From Seison nebaliae (lineage: Eukaryota), in NCBI GenBank assembly GCA_023231475.1, contig JALJEE010000393.1, positions 1-45,297 on the forward strand: a stretch of DNA of 45,297 bases. The letters are read 5' to 3'. A program made the position numbers and the translations under genes. Under the pieces are notes generated by a model. That model was not told the DNA's origin. It was given only the letters and a program-made list of their open reading frames with translations, and did no database searches. How positions within the stretch are numbered: the stretch's first letter is position 1; each line of letters opens with the position of its first letter. Positions 1-10,700 of this stretch are shown piece after piece.

Positions 1-773
1 AGGAATGCACACGTTCTCAATTAGTTTTATTGAAGGAAGTTGGTTTCTGATGAATGATCAATTTTCCTTTAAAATAATGGATATAGAAACATTCACAAAA
101 ATGTTAGCTAATGAAAGTGTCGACGGTATCTTACTTGAAAATGTCAGAACAATTTCCATTTGAAATTCGCGTAATCATCACGGGGGAGATTATTCTTTCC
201 AATTATCCCAATCTCAATGTGAAAAAACAATTAGTTCAACTGTTAAGTTGTAAAGATGAAATAAATTTCATCCTTCTAAAATTATAATACTTCGTAATTC
301 AAATTCTGCCCTTTTAAAAATTTTTTAAAAGTTTTTTAGATAATTCCATTTTCCATCTTCCAAAAGAGATTTACCAATTTTTCAAAAAAAAATTGAAAAA
401 AAGTGAGAAATGCTCATTATATTTTCTTGATAAAAATTGTTCATATTGATCAAAATTTTTTGATTTTTTGAATATAGATTAACAATTAATAAGACATTGT
501 TGCTACATATTATTTTCAAAAATCTGTGCACTTTTTACTAGGCTCATAGGAATGCACATTTTGGCCTACAAACTGCACGAAAAGTATTTTTTCAGTATAT
601 GCAAAGTTGATGAAAATTTGCACATTGACGTTTTTGATGGTGGTCATTTCAATAAATCAAACCACGACTTAAAATAATTTTTCCGATAATACAAAAGTTA
701 ATGAGTACTTTATAATTTTTGATAGAAAAGTAAACCCGGTAACAAATGACTTTTTTTGTAATTTATGTAAATA

Positions 774-1304
774 TTAGTAAAACAAAAACCAGTAATTGCA
801 GGAAAACTTTTTAATTATAAGGAAAATTTGAATTACACCACATGACCTTAGGTATCCAGTTAGTTTCAAATAACTGTCCGTTATAACATTTCCCGATTCT
901 ATTTGGCAAGCATGTGGATTTTGCCTATTTCGTGTTGCAGTTCCATATACAATTCCAGATCGACGGACTGCATTGAACAATTTCTTTACAATATCTTCAT
1001 TTATTTCTCTTCTTGGATCATTGAAATAATCGATAACTATAAGAAGTACATTAACAATTAGTTTAATCTTTGGATCATTGTCCCATCGAAGAAATAAATT
1101 GGATACTGATTTGACAGTCGAATTATATAGATCGTATGTGTTGTCAATAGTAGCTATTTTTTTGAGCTTTATATAAACTTCCTCAAGGCCGTAGTATTCA
1201 AATAGGGGTCCAACATAGAGGTCCAACCACTTTCCCATGCGATGTTTTAAAAATAGGTCCCAGCATATTTTAAAAACTTCCACAATTATTGGAAGGTCTT
1301 GCAT
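774..1304 (-). CDS. Hypothetical protein (176-aa ORF; the 3' end may be spliced)
   Basis: Open frame is long for this AT content and has a helical, protein-like composition. No recognisable motif. Confidence 0.3.
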   Translation of the reverse strand: MQDLPIIVEVFKICWDLFLKHRMGKWLDLYVGPLFEYYGLEEVYIKLKKIATIDNTYDLYNSTVKSVSNLFLRWDNDPKIKLIVNVLLIVIDYFNDPRREINEDIVKKLFNAVRRSGIVYGTATRNRQNPHACQIESGNVITDSYLKLTGYLRSCGVIQIFLIIKKFSCNYWFLFY

Positions 1305-2242
1305 TATATTAACGCAAGCATAAAAAGATACTTCTTTTAATCTATTTGAAATAAAAGTTTGAAATCACTTTAAATATAAACATGTGTAGTTCGTCGATCT
1401 TATTTATGAGAAAGATATGGAAAGAAGATATATTCAAGATTTATTTCTCTGCATTTTTTTCAACCACGTTCCCCCTTTCTTGTGGTTTCCTTCTCATAGC
1501 TCGAGATACGACATAGGACAATAACGATTAATTATTATATTTATAATTCTTTAGCTCACAGCTACATCCGCCCACATTCTAAAATAGCTTCGTAACACAA
1601 ATTGCAGCAAAACCATTGGATGTGGTTGAGTTTCCGTTTCTTTTTAAGTTCGGTAAATGGCTGGTGATATCAACTGGTTTCACATTGCTGATTCCGCCAT
1701 AACAGTAGTTTCGTAAGTTGTAGAATAAGTATAATCCGATAAATAATAATCTTCCACGTACGAATAATTTGGTTGAAGATAAAAATAACGGTCTAAAGTG
1801 TATAATTCGGTTTAATATACCTCACCTACCAATTCTTAATAGACTTACTATGGTTAATAGTTCTAATTGTTAGGTTAATAGACCTGATTTAGCATTCAAC
1901 TGGGTGTGAACAACAGAATGATTCAAACGACTGTTATTTTTGTGCGTTCAATATAAATGATTGGGAGAAAAAGAACAAAAGTTATCCTGAAGTTCAATAT
2001 GTAGGAAGGGAAGAGGCTTGTGAGGAAAACTGGATGGAATTGTTGAAAATTTAAAGATCATTAGACGATGCACATAAGATTCGATGGTGATCAAGTGATG
2101 TTGTTATCATCGTTATTACACGTTTATGACAACTAAAGTCTTTATTTCCACGTTCATACACAGAGATGGAATTCGAATTTTATTCAACACTTATATATTA
2201 ATTCATCGAAAGTTTGAAAGTGATGGAATTGTTCTAATTGAA

Positions 2243-3199
2243 ATGGATGTGAATATATTCGTTTTCTTCTTCATTTCGATTTGCTTGCGGGTTGATTCCA
2301 TCAAATTGAAACGGAAAGAAAAAAATGAAACTTCGGACAAAGTTCAACCACATCTACTGCCATTCCCTCACACTCTCTTCCACAATCCTTATGTTGAGAT
2401 GAATGATCTGGTAGCGAGTTATAATCCTACTGACAATTCTTACAGTTATAAATGGAGGAATTCAATGAGTAATGAGAGAGTTATGTTGAAACCGATGTTA
2501 CTTCACTCTTTGTTGAAGTTACAAAGTTCAGTTAAACTCTTTAATTTTGGGAAAGTATTCTTATCAGAATATCGATTAGATACGACTGATAAGAATGTCG
2601 CTTATGAGAAGATACCGACGACATTTAAACCACTTCACATGTTCGTCATATCGATGTGGAGAGAAAAAATGAGTCATCGATTAGCTTTCATTTATTCGTT
2701 AGCTATTCGATTGACGAATGCCATCGGGAGAATGCACATGTTAGGCTTCCTTCATTGTAATATTCGAATGCATTATGTCCATGTGGAATTGGCAGGAAAT
2801 ACAGTGAAAGTGGAAAAATTGATATTGGCCAATTTATTTAGTGCTCATTTATTCGATGGTTCAGGTCGTTATCATCGACCGAATTGTCATCGACAAACGG
2901 ATTATTGTTCCGCTTCCAAAATCATAATCGGTCTTATGAAACATCTATTTGCAGACGCTCGATTAATGTTAGAGATATTTGAAGAGGAATATGAGAAAGA
3001 TTATTCATTCGATGTCTTAAAACAAACGAAAGGATTCCATGTAAATGAAGAAGAAATATTCGAATATATGAGTGAAAGAAATCAATATTTATTAACAAGA
3101 CAATTAACCGCCAATCGAACACTATCGAACAGGAATAAAATGTTGTTGGAATATATCCATATTTTATCATCATCATGTTCTGATTATCCATTAATTTAA
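2243..3199 (+). CDS. Secreted protein-kinase-like pseudokinase (signal peptide plus degenerate kinase fold)
   Basis: Single exon. ORF opens at 2126, but ATG 2243 gives a signal peptide (MDVNIFVFFFISICLRVDS). Kinase-like motifs in the right order: VMLK (VAIK), LAIRLTNAIGRMHMLGFLHCNIRMHYV (helix E plus HRDIKxxN loop), LILANLF (DFG), QTDYCS (helix F Asp). Confidence 0.7.
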   Translation: MDVNIFVFFFISICLRVDSIKLKRKEKNETSDKVQPHLLPFPHTLFHNPYVEMNDLVASYNPTDNSYSYKWRNSMSNERVMLKPMLLHSLLKLQSSVKLFNFGKVFLSEYRLDTTDKNVAYEKIPTTFKPLHMFVISMWREKMSHRLAFIYSLAIRLTNAIGRMHMLGFLHCNIRMHYVHVELAGNTVKVEKLILANLFSAHLFDGSGRYHRPNCHRQTDYCSASKIIIGLMKHLFADARLMLEIFEEEYEKDYSFDVLKQTKGFHVNEEEIFEYMSERNQYLLTRQLTANRTLSNRNKMLLEYIHILSSSCSDYPLI

Positions 3200-3213
3200 T
3201 TAAAAATAATAAT

Positions 3214-6200
3214 TTACATCATTAACGTTGATTCTTCATGTAAGAGATCGCGAATATCTTCCGATATCGGATCATTATCAATCACCGTTTCATTGATTTC
3301 ATCTAACAATTCGTCAGTTACTGTCACAATATTATAATTCTCTTCCATCATTTCCTCATCGTCACAATCTTCATCATTATCATCAATAATTGATGATTGA
3401 TAAAATTTGACATAGTCAACATTATCGTTTGTGTCGATAGGAGTTTGAAGGAATTTATCATTATTCACATTCTCCGATAATTCGATCAATCCACTCAGGA
3501 ATTGACTGATTGACAATGAGAAATCAGTTAATAAAATTGACGATATTCTCTCATCTTCCATATCGTCATCATTATTATCAGATTGATTATCGAAGAAGAA
3601 TTGACGAAATTCAAATTCTTTTAATGTCTCATTAAAAAACATAAGCGTAATGGATTCATTGAAAATTGGATGAATTTGTTTGTGGGATGATATTTCGTAA
3701 AATAATCGAATGTACATCGAATAAGCTAAATCGAATAATTTCGATTCCATAATTTCGTAATATTGGAGGAATTCTTGAAAATAACGAAATCGTTTCCGTT
3801 GCTCTTCTACCAATCGATTCATGTTGTTACAATTCTTGATGAAATATTCCGTGAATATTCTCGCTTCATAAATGAACCATTGGAACGACGCTTCACCGTT
3901 CACATTCATTTTCCATATTTCATTCATTTTCCTGATGAATTCTTTGTAGTTGTTCCCTATCTCATCTAATAATTCTTCGAAAATTTTCAACATTTCCAAA
4001 CTATTTTTCACTTTATCAAATAATCGAGGTTTAGGTCGGGGAAAATATTCGTCCAACATTTGGATACTTTTTATCGAATTTGTCATTGTCTCGTAATCAT
4101 CGAATCGATAATTTGGATCGTTTGGTTTGAATACGTTAATCACTGGCATACTACAAATTAATTTGACTAACATGTCCAACATTTGTCGGAAATACGTGCT
4201 CTGATATTTGGTGGTGGTGAAAGTGTGAAATTGACAAACATTGATTTCCGTCATTTGTTTCCTGATTTTCTGATGAATAATGAGTGAAATTAATTCGAAA
4301 ATATTTAGAGTATTTTCCGAAGAAATAATTATTGGAATTCGATGATTCGACAAAGTTGATGATTGTGATGGAATTTTATCATATTCGTGTAACATCTGAT
4401 TAATCGATTGATTTGATTGATAAGATTTCTGTTGAATTTTACTCTCTTCCATTATCTCCAAAATTAATTGATGGAACATTTCTTGTTCATTTTGATTTTC
4501 GTGAAAAAATTGAATGGAAATTCGATCGATTAAATGTTTCAATAAAATTTTCAACATTTCATTATTCTCATTTCCATTTTCATTATCATCATTCATCAGA
4601 ATATTCATATCTTCCAAATTGAAATATTTGAGGAAAGCCGAATAAAATGTCAAAATAAATAATCGTTTCAAATTATTTATATTTTTATTTAATTTGCTTT
4701 CTTCTTTAATGAAAATTAATAATTGTAATTTTGGTAAAGTTTTTATCAAGAATTCCAATTGGACATATGGATCCATAGAATAACCAGAAGAATTATTCCC
4801 AAAACATGAATTGAGCAAATAAGGAAATATCCATCGTTTCATTTGACAACACAAACAAGTGGACATATCGATAATAATCATTAAATTCTCCTTCCGTCGA
4901 GTATTGAACGACATTTCATTGTTCTTATATAAATTTGAATAATTCGATTGATGATTCATAAGAATAATATCCGTCGTCTCATATCGATAAAGAATGAGAT
5001 TTTTGTACGAATAATCTTCAGTGAATTGTACAGATGGATATGATTCATCTCTATCATTCATTTGCATTTCCATTTCGTCATCGAAAATTCCATACGAAAC
5101 GGTTTTTTTCCGTTTTTTTATCACATCAATCTCATCACCTTTCAACTTACCTAACAAATGAGAGAATAGAACGAACAATTTCCGATTCAATTTTTCCACA
5201 ATTTTCGATGTCGTCGAAATTAGGGAGAATTGTCTCAATGAAATTAAATCGACAGAATCGATATCGAATTTGGGAAAAGATAATTTCAATTCTTTAAATA
5301 ATTCCCGATCCATCGTCTTTTGTCGTTTCTTCTCGTCAACATAATTCTTCCAATTATTGAATGAACTAGAAAGTAATCTCATTCGATCGAATTCGATGGC
5401 TGTACATTGAAGTAATTTTCCTGATGATAATTGAATTAATTCGATATCGATAATTTCTTCGATAATGATGGAAATGATATCATCAATAATCTTCCATTTA
5501 TCTTCTTCATTATCATTCGATGATATCAGATCTGTATCACTATTAATTTTTTCAATTATTTTTCCTTCACTTGAATTCTTCAATAAAGCTTGTGTTCTCT
5601 CATTGATCAATTTACTGTTGGTGAGAGTATGTTGAAGTGCCACATTATTCTCATGATGAAATGATTCATCACCAATTCGAATATCATTATTAAATATTAA
5701 ATTATTTTCAGAAATATTTGTCGTCACTTTTTTCCGTCCAAAAATCGATTGTGCCATAAATTTCGTTTTATTCTCATTTTTATCACTTTGAATCGCTTCA
5801 GCAAATTGTATTTTATCCATAGTTGATCGTTTCCGTCTATCTATAGGAAAAATGGGATTTCGTTCTTTAAATAAATTATCATCTAATGAAATTAATTTCA
5901 TCAATTCCACATAAACTTCATCTGGTTCCAATGACGCTTTCCCCATCGAATCTTCCATGGAGAAATATTGAGAAATTTTTTCATTATTTTCAAATAATTT
6001 TTTCTCACATAATCTCTTACTTCTCCACCGTTTCAACGGTTCTTCTTGATCTGATGGTGGTTCAGTGAAGAAATCATAACGGAACGAAATCGAATCTTCC
6101 AACATCAAATCGACTCCTTTCGATGAGATGAGTTTGAATAAAGCCAAAAATTGTGTCAATTGATCGATAGAATCGAAGAAAAAAGTATCGTAAACTTGAC

Positions 6201-7299
6201 TCAATGGAATGAGAGCAGAAGCGGTACGAGTAGAAATTATGATATTTTTCAATATTTCATAACGGATATAATAGAAATATTGATGGATTATACACGATTG
6301 GAAAAGAGTGACAGAATCCGATTCGATCAGACGAAAAAATCTTGACCAATTTTTTGTAAAATATAATTGTTTCAATTCTAATGCCAATTGAACGGGAGGT
6401 GAAGACAAGAGAAATTTATATCTTTCTTTCGACATCTTTCTCAAATCATTAAATGGTTGTGTGACTGATGGTAATTCTTGGAGTATTCGATATGAGAACA
6501 TTTCGTCTTCATTATAACCATGATTAATACCGTTCTTATGATTCGTCTTTTTCCAAGAATCATCATAAATGTCTTTTAATGATTTTAAAGTTTTATCCAA
6601 ATTCTCTTTATTTAATTGATAATCAAATGCTTTGAATTCACTCTCGTCACGATAACGAGCCGCACACCAAATATGGAATCGGACACACATCTCCAGCATA
6701 TTCGCGGCCATCACATCAGCAGTAACGGCACTTTGTTGTGTGAGATCTTTACGAATGGCTCGTGTTCGTGACCAAATAAAAGTGTACCATTCATGAATTC
6801 CACCAAGTGATGGTTGACCACCAACATGTTTAAGAACATGTTTCAAAGTTCGATGAAGAACAGGAACTGGACGCAAATCTGATGGTTGCGCAATATCTTG
6901 ATCGGCAGCTGATCGAATGAAATCTTTCACCATCAAATCATCTGATAATTCCCAAGAATTCGTCAATTGATCATATGATTTCTCATAGATACTATGTACT
7001 GACTCTCGATAACGTTGTTGACGCTCCTTCAATGGACACATGTCACTGCACATTCCATGCACTTTCTCGATTTTCATGGTACTGGGAACGGATAATGGAT
7101 GATCATCTCCATTCTCTTCATTTCCAGTCATACCATAATTACTGAACTTAAATAACGAAGAAGAAGTCGATTCATTGGTACGGAATTTCCCGGAAATATT
7201 CGAATCGATCGTGGAAGACTGCTCGTCATTGAACGTGGATCTATGAAAGATACTATTATTCGAATTATTTGTTATCCCATTCATTCGACTCGAGAACAT
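3214..7299 (-). CDS. MCM3AP: SAC3/GANP-family TREX-2 mRNA export scaffold (GANP/Xmas-2-like), 1361 aa, intronless
   Basis: SAC3_GANP signature: GMCSDMCPLKER...VKDFIRSAADQ...DLRPVPVLHRTL...FIWSRTRAIRKDLTQQ...LEMCVRFHI. Later CID-like helix with FNNWK. Confidence 0.9.
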   Translation of the reverse strand: MFSSRMNGITNNSNNSIFHRSTFNDEQSSTIDSNISGKFRTNESTSSSLFKFSNYGMTGNEENGDDHPLSVPSTMKIEKVHGMCSDMCPLKERQQRYRESVHSIYEKSYDQLTNSWELSDDLMVKDFIRSAADQDIAQPSDLRPVPVLHRTLKHVLKHVGGQPSLGGIHEWYTFIWSRTRAIRKDLTQQSAVTADVMAANMLEMCVRFHIWCAARYRDESEFKAFDYQLNKENLDKTLKSLKDIYDDSWKKTNHKNGINHGYNEDEMFSYRILQELPSVTQPFNDLRKMSKERYKFLLSSPPVQLALELKQLYFTKNWSRFFRLIESDSVTLFQSCIIHQYFYYIRYEILKNIIISTRTASALIPLSQVYDTFFFDSIDQLTQFLALFKLISSKGVDLMLEDSISFRYDFFTEPPSDQEEPLKRWRSKRLCEKKLFENNEKISQYFSMEDSMGKASLEPDEVYVELMKLISLDDNLFKERNPIFPIDRRKRSTMDKIQFAEAIQSDKNENKTKFMAQSIFGRKKVTTNISENNLIFNNDIRIGDESFHHENNVALQHTLTNSKLINERTQALLKNSSEGKIIEKINSDTDLISSNDNEEDKWKIIDDIISIIIEEIIDIELIQLSSGKLLQCTAIEFDRMRLLSSSFNNWKNYVDEKKRQKTMDRELFKELKLSFPKFDIDSVDLISLRQFSLISTTSKIVEKLNRKLFVLFSHLLGKLKGDEIDVIKKRKKTVSYGIFDDEMEMQMNDRDESYPSVQFTEDYSYKNLILYRYETTDIILMNHQSNYSNLYKNNEMSFNTRRKENLMIIIDMSTCLCCQMKRWIFPYLLNSCFGNNSSGYSMDPYVQLEFLIKTLPKLQLLIFIKEESKLNKNINNLKRLFILTFYSAFLKYFNLEDMNILMNDDNENGNENNEMLKILLKHLIDRISIQFFHENQNEQEMFHQLILEIMEESKIQQKSYQSNQSINQMLHEYDKIPSQSSTLSNHRIPIIISSENTLNIFELISLIIHQKIRKQMTEINVCQFHTFTTTKYQSTYFRQMLDMLVKLICSMPVINVFKPNDPNYRFDDYETMTNSIKSIQMLDEYFPRPKPRLFDKVKNSLEMLKIFEELLDEIGNNYKEFIRKMNEIWKMNVNGEASFQWFIYEARIFTEYFIKNCNNMNRLVEEQRKRFRYFQEFLQYYEIMESKLFDLAYSMYIRLFYEISSHKQIHPIFNESITLMFFNETLKEFEFRQFFFDNQSDNNDDDMEDERISSILLTDFSLSISQFLSGLIELSENVNNDKFLQTPIDTNDNVDYVKFYQSSIIDDNDEDCDDEEMMEENYNIVTVTDELLDEINETVIDNDPISEDIRDLLHEESTLMM

Positions 7300-7409
7300 T
7301 TTTTTAGGGAAAGCTCAAATTTCAAATTTTGACGCTTTCATCTTAATCACCTATATTATTGCACAAAATTTTTTCCATCCTGAATTTTGCTGACGGAAAT
7401 CATTTAATT

Positions 7410-7797
7410 TGAGAATTTTACGAAAATTAAATGAAAATTAAATGAAAATTTGTGAATTTTGAAAATTTAACGAACATTATGAAGTTTTGAAAATTTAATG
7501 AAAATTTTTGAGTTTTAAAAATTTAATGAAAATTTTTGACTTTTAAAAATTTAATGAAAATTTTTGACTTTTGAAAATTTAATGAAAATTTTTGAGTTTT
7601 GAAAATTTAATGAAAATTTTTGAGTTTTGAAAATTTAATGAAAATTTTTGAGTTTTGAAAATTTTATGAAAATTTTTGAGTTTTGAAAATTTTATGAAAA
7701 TTTTTGAGTTTTGAAAATTTAATGAAAATTTTTGAGTTTTGAAAATTTAATGAAAATTTTTGAGTTTTGAAAATTTAATGAAAATTTTTGAGTTTGA
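7410..7797. repeat. 28-bp tandem repeat (minisatellite), unit GAAAATTTAATGAAAATTTTTGAGTTTT
   Basis: About 11 near-identical copies at 7489-7797, plus degenerate copies on the left. Starts about 110 bp upstream of the GANP ATG. Confidence 0.95.
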
Positions 7798-10700
7798 GAT
7801 GGAAAAAAGTTGGAGTGCTTATTTTGTTGATGAAATATCAGAAAGAAATTAATTTAATGATAATGGTAAATTTACGATGAAGTGAATTTATTAATGGAAT
7901 AAAAAGAAAATAAAAACCGTAATAAAAAACGATCTATTCTGAGAAGGAATCGTAAATTTAACACACTTTCTTCATTAGTGAGGAAAAGTTTCGTTGAAGG
8001 AGAAGTTTCCTAGCACTAAATTCACTTATCACATTAACGATAAAGTTGTTACTATTCAGACATTTGCTTTCAATCCGAAGATTAATCAATGCAATCGATT
8101 TCCCTCCTCAACTCATTGTTGCATAAAATAATAATGTTGTTGTTGTGCTTGTTGCAGATGTATCTAATTAACATTATATGACATGATATAAATCAGTTGG
8201 AAGGCGAATGATTCCTTATAGATTTCCTAATTCTCAATTTTCTTACTTTTAATTTCTCATGTTTACATTGACATTCCTTCTCAACACCTTCACTTCTAAC
8301 TTTCTTCTTCCCAATAACTTTTCCCAGTAACATGTGAAGAGTTGTGATGGAAGGTTACCGAATCTATCAGGTCGCTTTATGGGGATTAGTTCTTCTTCAC
8401 TATCATTATCTGATATGAATTCTTTTCTCAATGACATAAATTCCTCTAGCAATTCTCACAGTTCATTTACCTTCCATTATCAAGTGTGGAAAAATAAACA
8501 TAAATAATAATGAAAATAATCAGATTTAAAAATCTGCATATTTTCGTTGGTTTAGTTAAGAACGAAGAGGAAGGGAGAGAAAGTTCACAATTGGTATATG
8601 AGGAGTGTGCATTCCACCTTCAACATTTTGGAGAAAATACCTATTATTCTTATTCTCTCTCAAACTGAATTGATATGATAATGATTTTCGAATCTTTTCG
8701 TAATTGTTCCATCAACTCTGTCAGTGATGAGTAGAACTATTAATCTTCATTAGTATTCATAAGAGAATTGGTTTGTATGAGAGTTATCAATAAATTTGAA
8801 TAACTTCCTCCTTCACTCCGACGGGAACTGAGAAAATAAGTTGACGTTCGACAATTAAACGACGATTCTTTATCTATTTAGTCGAATATTTCTGCTGAAA
8901 TTGAGAAATTTAACAAATATTTCCAAGAAGTTGAAACGGAAGAGAAAACCTCACAGCAACTCACTCTAGCAAAAAAAATAAAGAATGCTGATTAGTGAAT
9001 GAGTATGAATGATGGAACGGAAAGAATCAATAACTGATGATTTGCATCTGTAATTCGGACATGTAAAATTTGCGGCGTACTGATACAGTTATTTCTCATG
9101 AAAACGAGCGGATGAGGAAACCATTTGACTGTCGAGGAAATACATATTTCATTACGACATGTTATATATGGTGGATGAGGGAATAGAATGATCCATTTAT
9201 ATGATACATCTAATTTGTCCATTCATCTCAATTCGACTCATTCACTCCATTCAATTCGTGATGATAAGTCCATATAAAAATTCTCAACATTTCTCATCCC
9301 ATACAATGTGTGGTTAATGTGATGGTTTTTTAGATGGAAAGTGGTCATTTCTCATTTGCACATTTACGACTTCGAATTTAAATAGATTCGGGTAAGAAAT
9401 GTTCTGATTCGTGTCAGATATTTTATGTGTCAGTAACTAATGTCTCCAGTCAACGACTCCCCGTCGTTTACAGGTATCTCAAAGGAATTTCAATTTCCTC
9501 TTCCATTTCTAATCATGTTAATTAGTTGGGAAAGGAAAAATTTCTTATCAGACAAAATAGAAATTGATATTATTGATAAATGTTTGTTGGAGAAATTTCA
9601 CACCAGACAATGTGCGAAATTTAATTTGTTCCTCCAAATTTGTCTCCTATCGAAATTGTGTGAATTCATTGATGGACAATGACCAATTTCTTTCATTCCG
9701 GACTAATAATAATAATAAATTAATATGTACCGTTTAATTATCGATAAGTCAAAATATCATCGAAGTCAACAACGTTGATGGATTGGGAAATAAATTGACG
9801 ATTGTGCTAATGACGAATGGAGAAAGAATGACAAATTAAAGTTCTTTCTTTCATTGACATTAAGAACTATTTGTTCAAGTTGTCGTTGTTGTTATTGAGT
9901 TAGAATTTTCATGTTTTAGCTGTTCTTCATTTTCGTCAAAATTACCATTATGTCGTTACGCTCGTTAAACATAAACTATCAATTTCTTTTATTATGTAAA
10001 TGACATGGCGACATGTACTCACTCATCAAAATTGCGGGAAATGAAAATTTCTTCTCATCGTGTAATTACAATAAAAAAAATGATGATGAGTACATCATCA
10101 TTAGTATCTTCATTCTACAATCAAATTTCTCTAAATGATGATCCAAGAGAAATTACCATCAATCGATCCGTCGAAAATGAAAAAATAATACAGATTCAAT
10201 CTATGTTACTCTATTAGTTTCTTTTCATTCAAATTATCATCTTGCAAGATTTTTATTGAGAAGAAAAAATAAATATTTGAAGAAATTATTTATCTTCATT
10301 TGAATATGATAAGAATCTTCTTTCGCTAATTTAAAGAGTGGCGAATAATTGCGTGTTGGGGAGAGGATATCTTATCTTAACTTAACTTTGCTCATGCAAA
10401 TTGAGCAACAAGTTTATCCATTCCATATCCATAACGTTCGATTCGGATTTTCCATTATATGGTAATTGAAATTTCGTGACGAAGACAATTATGGTCTTGA
10501 CCAACGGTCAATTTAATCGTAATACATCTTCTCTTCCGATTGGGGATGGGGGTGGATGGAAAAGTTTGACCTAATTATTATTGATTGTGTTCTTTAAAAT
10601 TCTGATTTTCTTCATTCGTTCAATCAGCGGACTAATAACGTGCGATCGATGAACATTAGATAAGTAGTAGATCCGATTTGTTGATGGTGCACAATGTGTG

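Noticed and set aside
3763..6345. Several short plus-strand ORFs
   Set aside because: Shadows inside the GANP coding sequence, with no motifs.
8675..8990. Plus-strand frame that reads protein-like if TAA/TAG were Gln (…KFE*LPPSLRRELRK*VDVRQ…), suggesting a ciliate-type code
   Set aside because: Well-supported genes here end in TAA and TAG, use CAA/CAG for Gln and have no internal stops. This is chance or a decayed element.
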